From positions 1 through 28,245 of the forward strand of contig WAPE01000045.1 in the NCBI GenBank assembly GCA_015520865.1: DNA of 28,245 bases. Direction: 5' to 3'. The position numbers were made by a program, and so were the translations under genes. Within the stretch, counting starts at the first letter, position 1. Each line of letters begins with the position of its first letter. The notes beneath the pieces are model-generated. The model was not told the DNA's origin. It made no database searches and was given only the letters and a program-made list of their open reading frames with translations. This document shows positions 15,364-23,043 of the stretch, piece by piece. The DNA is from Candidatus Iainarchaeum sp. GTDB taxonomy: Archaea; Iainarchaeota; Iainarchaeia; JAADDC01.

Positions 15364-17160
15364 TTGGTCGTGGGTCATAGAAAACTAAAACGCATTCTCA
15401 AGCGAGCAGGTGAGCTGCTCCTAAAGGAAGGTCTGGAGGTTCCAGAGGTATCGGAAGAGCCAGAACTGGAAGAAGAGGAAGTTCCGGTGCTTGGGGAAGA
15501 AGAAATCAGCTCGTCCACTGTAGAGAAACCGATGCAGCCGGTGGAGGCCTCTCCAGATATCGTCGAGGAGATCCTCCCTGATATGGGGGGTGGTGAGGTC
15601 AAAGACGTTCTTTCAGAGCTCGTTTATACTCTTCCGGAGGACATCGCCGGAGAAATCCCGGCCGAATGGCGACCACCTTCCTTTTCCGACGTGGATGAGC
15701 GCTATCCCCTCATTCCTCCTCACGCATATGCTCATATCTTCTGGAGCGACGAGGAGAAGAAACTGCTTTACCACGTTGAGGAGCCCATCCTCACCCTTCA
15801 GGAAAAGGAAGATCTGGAGCGGATCAAAGCGTTGCTAACAGAGCTCATAGATATTGGAGCCTTTGAGCTCAAAGAGGGGGAGAAAATTCAGGAATATATT
15901 GCCCGCAAGTTTGACGAGATCGTAAGGGACTACGGGTTCTCCTTTACTCCCCACCAGTACGAAAAGATAAAGTACTATGTGTTAAGGGATTTCGCTGGCC
16001 TTGAACGAATCGAACCGCTTATGAGGGACCCCCATCTGGAGGACATCTCCTGCATAGGGCCTGGTGTTCCGATCTACGTTTATCACAGAACTTACGGCTC
16101 AATGCAAACGAACGTGATGTTCAAGGACAACGAAGAGCTCAATAGGTTCATCGTGAAGCTTGCCCAGCTCGTAGGAAAGCACGTTTCTGTTAGTAACCCC
16201 CTCCTTGAGGGAGCGCTTCCCGATGGAAGCAGAGTTCAAGCTACCTACGTCGTCACGAAGGACATCTCGACAAAGGGCTCCAACTTCACGATCCGCAAGT
16301 TCACGAAGGACCCCCTCACCGTTACTGACCTCGTGAAGTTCGGGACGCTAACTCCCGTTATCGCTGCCTACCTCTGGCTCGCCGTGGAGTACCGAAACTC
16401 CATCCTCGTCGCCGGTGGAACGGCTACCGGTAAGACAACGATGCTCAACGTTATCTCTATGTTCATCCCCCCAGAGGCTAAGGTGGTTTCCATAGAAGAC
16501 ACCCCGGAGCTTAGGCTACCCCACGAGAACTGGATACAGAAGATCGCCAGGGAAGGGGGCGAAGGAGCATCCATTGATCTCTTTGAGCTCCTAAAGGCCG
16601 CACTGCGTGAACGGCCAGATTACATCATCGTGGGAGAGGTCCGTGGCAGGGAAACCTACGTTCTCTTTCAGGGTATGGCGACGGGTCACCCTGGTTTGGC
16701 TACGATCCACGCCGAAAACATCGAAACCCTTGTGGACAGGCTCATTTCACCTCCCATCTCCCTTCCTCCAGCCCTCCTCCACTCCCTCGATCTCATCCTC
16801 TTCATGAGGAGGGGAAACGTTCGAGGCTACGAGGTTCGAAGGGTGGGAGAGATTGATGAGGTTCTGGGGGTCGACCTAGAAAAGAAGAAACCAATAACGA
16901 ACCTCTTCGTTGAGTGGATTCCGGCAGAGGATAAGTTCAAGATCTACAAGAAGAGTAAGGTGGTGGATAAGATCGTTCGTGAGCGTGGAGTGAGCGTTGA
17001 TAGCGTTTGGGAAGAACTAAGACGTCGTTCCTTCGTAATAGACTACCTCGTTAAGAACAACATTCGGTATTATCGTGAGGTCCAGAAGTACATCGCAAGG
17101 TACTACAAGGAGCCCGAGAAGCTCCTGGAGGAGATAGGCTATGCTCGAGAGGTTGGCTAA
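15364..17160 (+). CDS. Type II/IV secretion ATPase, FlaI/PilB-like, with acidic N-terminal extension
   Basis: IEPLMRDPHLEDISC, LPDGSRV, Walker A AGGTATGKTT, SIEDTPEL, Walker B IIVGEVRG, His box GHPGLATIHA. Start is TTG 15364 or GTG 15370. Confidence 0.93.
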   Translation: MVVGHRKLKRILKRAGELLLKEGLEVPEVSEEPELEEEEVPVLGEEEISSSTVEKPMQPVEASPDIVEEILPDMGGGEVKDVLSELVYTLPEDIAGEIPAEWRPPSFSDVDERYPLIPPHAYAHIFWSDEEKKLLYHVEEPILTLQEKEDLERIKALLTELIDIGAFELKEGEKIQEYIARKFDEIVRDYGFSFTPHQYEKIKYYVLRDFAGLERIEPLMRDPHLEDISCIGPGVPIYVYHRTYGSMQTNVMFKDNEELNRFIVKLAQLVGKHVSVSNPLLEGALPDGSRVQATYVVTKDISTKGSNFTIRKFTKDPLTVTDLVKFGTLTPVIAAYLWLAVEYRNSILVAGGTATGKTTMLNVISMFIPPEAKVVSIEDTPELRLPHENWIQKIAREGGEGASIDLFELLKAALRERPDYIIVGEVRGRETYVLFQGMATGHPGLATIHAENIETLVDRLISPPISLPPALLHSLDLILFMRRGNVRGYEVRRVGEIDEVLGVDLEKKKPITNLFVEWIPAEDKFKIYKKSKVVDKIVRERGVSVDSVWEELRRRSFVIDYLVKNNIRYYREVQKYIARYYKEPEKLLEEIGYAREVG

Positions 17161-18019
17161 GTTTGCCTATCGGTTATTTGGCAGGACGGTATTCCGATAT
17201 AGAGACCGGTATGCATGGATAACAGAAGAACTAAAAAAGGCACGACTTCCTTACACACCAGATGAGTATGTTTCGCTTTTAATCCTTCTCGGCATCCTCC
17301 TCTTTGTCCTTCTGCTCCCCGTTGGCTACCTCCTCATTCCCTTCGGAAACCCCTTCATGAGGTTCCTCCTATCCTTCCTCATCGACATCGTTACGACTGC
17401 AATCGTTCTCTTCAACGCCCTGAACTACCCGCGCTTCAAGGCCATAAGTAGAGCTTCCTCCATCGACGCGGTCCTCCCCTTCGCCCTCATGCATATGGCT
17501 ACGCTGGCAGGATCAGGCATTCCACCCCACCACATCTTTCGTATCATGGGAAAGATCGAGAAGTACGGTGAGGTGGCCCGGGAATGTCGTATCATTTACC
17601 GAGATGTCGCCGTCCTTGGTAAAGATCTCTTTTCCGCCCTTTCCGATGCCGCCAAAAGCTCCCCTTCGAGACTCTGGACCGAGATCCTCTGGGGTATTTC
17701 TTCTACCCTCCGAACGGGTGGATCCCTCCGGGACTATCTGTACTCAAAGTCCAGGGAGCTTCAAGCCCTCATAGAGCGAAAGGAGCGCGAGACCGTCGAA
17801 ACGATGAACTTGCTAACCGAGATCTATCTCATCGTCTTCGTTCTGACACCTATACTCGGAGCCATTATGCTCATCCTTATGAGCATGCTCGCTGGCGGAA
17901 CGCTCCTCGGTCTAAACCCCTTAACCCTTTTCGCTCTGCTCGTTTACCTCATAACGCCTGTCACGGGAATAATCTTCCTCATCTTTGCCGATAATGCTCG
18001 TCCGAGGGAGATCGTATGA
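17141..18019 (+). CDS. T2SSF/TadB-TadC family pilus membrane protein
   Basis: LKKARLPYTPDEY, then IDAVLPFALMHMATLAGSG T2SSF block and TM helices. Follows the ATPase. Confidence 0.88.
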   Translation: MLERLAKFAYRLFGRTVFRYRDRYAWITEELKKARLPYTPDEYVSLLILLGILLFVLLLPVGYLLIPFGNPFMRFLLSFLIDIVTTAIVLFNALNYPRFKAISRASSIDAVLPFALMHMATLAGSGIPPHHIFRIMGKIEKYGEVARECRIIYRDVAVLGKDLFSALSDAAKSSPSRLWTEILWGISSTLRTGGSLRDYLYSKSRELQALIERKERETVETMNLLTEIYLIVFVLTPILGAIMLILMSMLAGGTLLGLNPLTLFALLVYLITPVTGIIFLIFADNARPREIV

Positions 18020-19197
18020 GGATCCGCGGAAGGAAGATACCTTCCTTCCTTTGGGTAGGTTTGGCTGACGTCCTTCTCTTCTTAGTACTCTTCTTTCTGG
18101 CCAACACCTTCTACGCCGGGACACCGTACTACTCTACCATTATCGCCCTTGTTATCCTCGTCGCCCTCCTCGTCCCATTTTTCTACATCTACCAGAACTA
18201 CAGAAGGATCAAGGAGAAGGAACGGTTCTTTCCTCAGTTTCTCAAGGACCTCGCAGATATCTATAGAAGCGGTATAAGCCTCGTCCAGGCAACCTACCAG
18301 ACCTCACAGCAGAACTACGGTCCACTTACTCCCCATATACGAAAGCTCGCCGTTCGTCTCTCTTGGGGGATTCCCTTTGAGGAGGCCTTTAAGCTCTTTG
18401 CTAAGGAAACTGGCAGCCCCCTCATCGAGGGGGCGACCCTCATTATTTTAGAGGCCTTTGCGTCAGGCGGAGATATTCCTTCCGTTCTAGAGACGGTTGC
18501 TGAGGATATAAGGAAGCTCAAGGATCTCGAGGAAGAGAGAAAGAGCCATTTTGCCCCCTTCGTCGGTACGATGTACGTGGTATTTCTCATATCCATTGGG
18601 CTCTCCTACATCCTTCTCCAAGTTCTTCTCCCGGAGATTCCAGTTTTACCGTCATTTTCCATGAACTTTACGCCTCAGGGAGGCCAGAACTTCGGCGGAA
18701 CAGCTACCATACCGGAGTATCCTATGAAGATCCTCTTTCTTCACCTTCTCCTCATTCAAGCCATCATCAGTGGCTTGATAGCAGGTATCATAGGGGAAGG
18801 AAGCTGGTCCGCTGGATTAAAACACGTCCTCATCATGGGCTTCATCGCTCTCCTTTCCTTCCAGCTATTTATCTTACCCACCGATCCCGCCGATAGGATC
18901 GCAAGGACCCTCACGAAGATGCCCTTGACGATGAATTTCAGCGTGGACCTGGGCCAGTTCTACGTAGAGCATAACATCACAGCCGCTGAAGTAAACCACT
19001 ACATCGCCGGTAGAAGAAGTCTTTTTGGAGGAAGAAACACGAAGATCCGTTTCAACTTCGCTCAAGATCCTCAGTGTAAGCTCTGCGGGACCCTCGTGGA
19101 GGTGAACTCCGAAGGCGTTTACATTAAGAAGCCCGTTTACCTTTCCTTTAAGGTGGTAAGCAATGGCGACGGAACAGCCACGATCTACGTCCGGTGA
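18016..19197 (+). CDS. T2SSF/TadC family pilus membrane protein with about 104-aa C-terminal extension
   Basis: FPQFLKDLADIYRSG, YGPLTPHIRKL, SWGIPFEEAF and SGLIAGIIGEGS...GLKH motifs. ATGA overlap with the previous gene. Confidence 0.88.
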   Translation: MRIRGRKIPSFLWVGLADVLLFLVLFFLANTFYAGTPYYSTIIALVILVALLVPFFYIYQNYRRIKEKERFFPQFLKDLADIYRSGISLVQATYQTSQQNYGPLTPHIRKLAVRLSWGIPFEEAFKLFAKETGSPLIEGATLIILEAFASGGDIPSVLETVAEDIRKLKDLEEERKSHFAPFVGTMYVVFLISIGLSYILLQVLLPEIPVLPSFSMNFTPQGGQNFGGTATIPEYPMKILFLHLLLIQAIISGLIAGIIGEGSWSAGLKHVLIMGFIALLSFQLFILPTDPADRIARTLTKMPLTMNFSVDLGQFYVEHNITAAEVNHYIAGRRSLFGGRNTKIRFNFAQDPQCKLCGTLVEVNSEGVYIKKPVYLSFKVVSNGDGTATIYVR

Positions 19198-19651
19198 GTG
19201 GAAGCTTCCTCCTGAAATCAAGGTACTAGAGGCCCTCGGTGCCATCGGAGATAAACGAATAGAGCTAACTCCCGATGGAGCCAAAGTAACGTCCTCCGAG
19301 GGAGATAGGGTTTATACGGTACGTTTCGATGAGAAACGATGGGTTATTGGATCAACAGACAACGGGAGTGTTTTCCGGGGCTACTACGGCTACCCAATTA
19401 TTGCGTTCCTCATGCTGAAGGGTTACTTACCACTCCGAAGAGACTTGGCCGAAGCGCTAAAGGGCATTCCTTGGAAGCGTCTCAACGAGAAGTACAAGAG
19501 GTACTGGATCGTCGAAAAGATGATCCTCGATGAACTCGAGGAGAAGGGATTTAGCAAGGAGGACGTTAAGAAATACGTAAAAGAGGTTCTATCCAGACTA
19601 AAGGAGCTAAAACTGGGGAGGTTAGAGCTTGGACAGCAAACACTCTTCTAG
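19163..19651 (+). CDS. Conserved hypothetical protein (WKLPP-x-IKVLEALGA family)
   Basis: WKLPPEIKVLEALGAIGD...SSEGDRVY.V...DNGSVFRGYYGYPIIAFLM resembles a widespread uncharacterised family as I recall it. Overlaps both neighbours on the same strand. Start is uncertain. Confidence 0.7.
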   Translation: MATEQPRSTSGEWKLPPEIKVLEALGAIGDKRIELTPDGAKVTSSEGDRVYTVRFDEKRWVIGSTDNGSVFRGYYGYPIIAFLMLKGYLPLRRDLAEALKGIPWKRLNEKYKRYWIVEKMILDELEEKGFSKEDVKKYVKEVLSRLKELKLGRLELGQQTLF

Positions 19652-20258
19652 ATTTGCTATTGTGGACTTCGACGAAACCCTCATCGACGGCGTTTTAGCA
19701 ACGAAGCTAGCCAAAGCCATACTGAACCCCAGGAAGAACCGCGGGATCATCCCAAGGATTTACTACCTCAAGTTCGTCCGATACACCCACCTACCCTTCT
19801 TAACCCGCCTCAAGCGTTTCTACCGCATCTACCGTTACCTCCTTCGGAGGACCTTCGACCTCTACCTTTCCCTCTTGACAGATCCCCGTGTGGATAAAGA
19901 GGCCCTCTTTTTCCTCATAAAGGGCGTTATTGAAGAGATAGAGATCCCAGAGGTAAGTTTGGAGTTCCTTCGAAGGCTCAAGGAACGGGGATATGAGGTC
20001 GTTCTTCTTACTGCTATACCTCAAGAGATTGCGGAGCTTCTGAGAGACCGAATCCCCGTGGATATGGTTGTAGGATCAAAGCCCGGTCGAATTCTAGATA
20101 GGGAGGGCAAAGAAGCCGTTCTACGGAGACTCTCGAGGCAGGGAACGATCGAGATCATCGTCGGGAATCCGGGACATGAACCCTTCTGGCTTGCGGAGCG
20201 TTTGGCAATAATGGTTCGCTCACCGAGGGATTTAAGTAGATGGCTCGACAGAATATGA
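19629..20258 (+). CDS. HAD superfamily hydrolase-like protein
   Basis: Motif I AIVDFDETL, motif II VVLLTA, motif III Lys (EGKEAV). Motif IV is degenerate (IIVGNPGHE). TTG start. Confidence 0.7.
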   Translation: MDSKHSSRFAIVDFDETLIDGVLATKLAKAILNPRKNRGIIPRIYYLKFVRYTHLPFLTRLKRFYRIYRYLLRRTFDLYLSLLTDPRVDKEALFFLIKGVIEEIEIPEVSLEFLRRLKERGYEVVLLTAIPQEIAELLRDRIPVDMVVGSKPGRILDREGKEAVLRRLSRQGTIEIIVGNPGHEPFWLAERLAIMVRSPRDLSRWLDRI

Positions 20259-21322
20259 ATGTGAAGGAAGCCCTCTTCTACGAGAGGCTCGAAAACGGTA
20301 AGGTACGCTGTAATACCTGTGAGCGAAGATGCATCATACTTCCAGGAAGAAGAGGGGCCTGCAGAATAAGGGAGAATCGCGATGGAAAACTGTACCTCTT
20401 AACCTATGGCCACCCGGTTGCCATACACATCGATCCGATAGAGAAGAAGCCCCTCTTCCACTTCTATCCCGGAACGGAGATTCTCTCCTACTCAACGGTT
20501 GGTTGCAACTTCTTCTGTAAGTACTGCCAGAACTGGGATATCTCCCAGGCATCACCAGAAGATTACGATACACCCTACGTTTCTCCGGAAGAAATGGTCG
20601 AATCTGCGATCCGATACGGCACGATCGGGGTGGCCCATACCTATACCGAGCCAACGGTCTACTACGAGTACGCGAGAGATATCGGGCTCTTAGGAAAGAA
20701 GAGGGGCCTCGTGAATGTCTTCGTCTCCAACGGCTACTTTACCCTGGAGGTCTTGGAAGACATGGTGAAGTTTGTAGACGCCATAAACATCGATCTCAAG
20801 GGAGACGAGAAGTTCTACCGGGAGGTTGTGATCGGGGCCCACGTCGACTATGTGAAGCGTAACATAAAGGAGGTCTTCAAGAGGGGGATTCATCTCGAGG
20901 TGACGATGCTCATTATTCCGGGCTATAACGACGATGAGGAGCTCTTCCGCCAGAACGTGAGCTTTTTAGCGGAAGTCTCCCGTGATATCCCCCTTCACAT
21001 CTCGCGGTTCTTCCCCCACTACAAGATGAGCCACGTTCCTCCAACCCCCGTGGAAACGCTCACGAAGTTCTATAACATCGCCCGGGAGGAGCTCAACTAC
21101 GTCTACGTTGGAAACCTCCCCTCTCCTCGCTACGAAACGACCTACTGCCCCAACTGTGGGAACCCTGTCATTATCCGCTACGGTTATAACGTCGAGAACC
21201 TCCTTGAGGGAGACCGTTGTCCATACTGCGGCTACAGGATCCATGGTGTTTTTGAAAAGAAAGGTAAAAAAGGAAGTTCAGGGGAAAACAAGGAAGCTCC
21301 ACCAGGGCCTTCTAATGCCTAG
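20255..21322 (+). CDS. amrS: AmmeMemoRadiSam system radical SAM enzyme
   Basis: N-terminal CNTCERRC, PIEKKPLFHFYPG, radical SAM GCNFFCKYCQNWDISQ, C-terminal CPNCG/CPYCG. Start set at ATG 20255 because it gives an ATGA overlap with the HAD stop; 20240 is the alternative. Confidence 0.9.
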   Translation: MNVKEALFYERLENGKVRCNTCERRCIILPGRRGACRIRENRDGKLYLLTYGHPVAIHIDPIEKKPLFHFYPGTEILSYSTVGCNFFCKYCQNWDISQASPEDYDTPYVSPEEMVESAIRYGTIGVAHTYTEPTVYYEYARDIGLLGKKRGLVNVFVSNGYFTLEVLEDMVKFVDAINIDLKGDEKFYREVVIGAHVDYVKRNIKEVFKRGIHLEVTMLIIPGYNDDEELFRQNVSFLAEVSRDIPLHISRFFPHYKMSHVPPTPVETLTKFYNIAREELNYVYVGNLPSPRYETTYCPNCGNPVIIRYGYNVENLLEGDRCPYCGYRIHGVFEKKGKKGSSGENKEAPPGPSNA

Positions 21323-23005
21323 CTCCTTTCCGGTTTCTGCATCGACCACTGCCTTTACTGGTACTTCCACCGGTATGAAGAACAGCAATCTTCCCTTTAC
21401 TGCTCCTTCTACCTCGTACACTGGCTTGTTCTTTTCTGGAACGAGCTCCACCTTCTTTATCACGAGGTTTCTGGCTACCTTCTTGATCTTCTGGACGACT
21501 TCGTCTGGCAGAACCCTTAGTTCCTTTCCTGCCACCTTTATGATGTTCTTATCTACTTCCACGTCGCCGACGACCTGAACCTTTACGCGGACCGGTCCGT
21601 TGACCTCGATAACAACCTTGTTGTTTTCCTTTGCAATGATCACTGGCTTCTTTTTTACTACTGTCTCGATGACGGCCTTAGGCAGCCTTATCACTTCCTT
21701 GGAGATAGGATCGATGAGGCCAGCCTTGGATACTATGAGGGGCTTCCCTATCTCCTTTGGCTTGATCACCACTGCTGCCAATTCTTTCTTATGCTTTTCA
21801 ATGAGCTTGTTTAATTCTCTGAAAACCTCTTTTACCTTGCTGGAAGTTTTGTTTCCTTCCTGAAGAACCTTCTTCACCTTTTGCTGGATCATCTTCACCG
21901 GCGGTATCGGAGGTCCGATGGGCTCGATGTGGTACACCCCTCCTGGGAAGTTTCCTTCACAGAGCTTTCCGTAGAGGGGTGAATTGATCTCCTTCAGGAT
22001 CGGACATACTTTTTCGAGGAACTTCGGGTAGTTACCTTCTAGACAGATCCTGTGGATCTCCTCCGCTAGGCCTATACCGCTCTCATTGATCTCTTTGATG
22101 ACTTCCGTTAGGACGGGACCGCACTTTCTGCCGTTTGATTCGATACCAATTCTTGAGGTACTCTCTGGCAGGATCTCTATACTTGCCGGAAAACCTGGGG
22201 TGTAATGGAGCCTTATCGTTGTGTTTTCTTCGCTACAGAGCTTGTTTTTGAGCTTTATAATGTAGCAGTTCAGACAGCGAAGCGGTTCGACCTCATACTT
22301 GTAGCATCCTTTAATGTTTACTATGATTTCGTTGCCCTCGATCTTGGCCGTATAGTTTACGTTTCCCTTGGCTTTTACCGAAAGGTTTCCCTCCCTTATA
22401 CTTTTCCCTGGGGTCGGTGGTAGCTCGGGTGGTTTGATAAGGGGAAGGTTTCTTTCCATAGCATTTATTTCACTTGGAGAGATTTGACTTGGTTTTGATC
22501 CCCCGGAATTCCCTATCAGCCTTTCTAGGTAAACAACTACCTCGTTGGCATCCTGCGGCAGCTCTAACGAGATGCTTGTCGGTTGCGGAATGACCACCAA
22601 GGCACATACTGTGTTTGCCTCGGTAGGTTTATTTACCTCGAACTGCACGTCGTAGCGATACGTACCATTTTTGTCCACCGATTCCTTGATGTTTTTGCCT
22701 GTAAGATGGTAGCACGGGCTTGGTAGCTCTACAACAGCTGCTATGTAAAGGTTTCCGTCCTTTATCTCTGTACCTGACACGGATACGCCGCTCCGTGGGA
22801 TTACCTTTACGTTTGGTTGTATTGATGGTACTTTGTTGCTATCGAGGGGTTCCTTTGGAAGCGGTTGCATCGGTAAGGTTACGTTGGTTTCTCCTCCGCC
22901 AACGATAGAAACGCTTGCACTTCCATTTACACCAACCTCTGCAGCGTAGGCCGTGGTTAGTAGCACCAATATCAGGAACGCCACAACGATACCGAGCCTC
23001 TCCAT
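21278..23005 (-). CDS. Secreted multi-domain hypothetical protein with C-terminal VDAETG...RPWWSFL module
   Basis: Signal peptide (LGIVVAFLILVLLTTAYAA), Pro-rich linkers, paired Cys, basic beta-rich C-terminal domain. TTAATA 24 nt upstream of the ATG. Confidence 0.8.
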   Translation of the reverse strand: MERLGIVVAFLILVLLTTAYAAEVGVNGSASVSIVGGGETNVTLPMQPLPKEPLDSNKVPSIQPNVKVIPRSGVSVSGTEIKDGNLYIAAVVELPSPCYHLTGKNIKESVDKNGTYRYDVQFEVNKPTEANTVCALVVIPQPTSISLELPQDANEVVVYLERLIGNSGGSKPSQISPSEINAMERNLPLIKPPELPPTPGKSIREGNLSVKAKGNVNYTAKIEGNEIIVNIKGCYKYEVEPLRCLNCYIIKLKNKLCSEENTTIRLHYTPGFPASIEILPESTSRIGIESNGRKCGPVLTEVIKEINESGIGLAEEIHRICLEGNYPKFLEKVCPILKEINSPLYGKLCEGNFPGGVYHIEPIGPPIPPVKMIQQKVKKVLQEGNKTSSKVKEVFRELNKLIEKHKKELAAVVIKPKEIGKPLIVSKAGLIDPISKEVIRLPKAVIETVVKKKPVIIAKENNKVVIEVNGPVRVKVQVVGDVEVDKNIIKVAGKELRVLPDEVVQKIKKVARNLVIKKVELVPEKNKPVYEVEGAVKGRLLFFIPVEVPVKAVVDAETGKELGIRRPWWSFLVFP

Positions 23006-23043
23006 ACTAATAACTTTGTTCTATTCCTCTATTAACGCTTTTG

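Noticed and set aside
15364-19197. Archaellum (FlaI/FlaJ) operon
   Set aside because: No archaellin, FlaH, FlaF or FlaG nearby, and two separate Tad-type membrane genes instead of one FlaJ.
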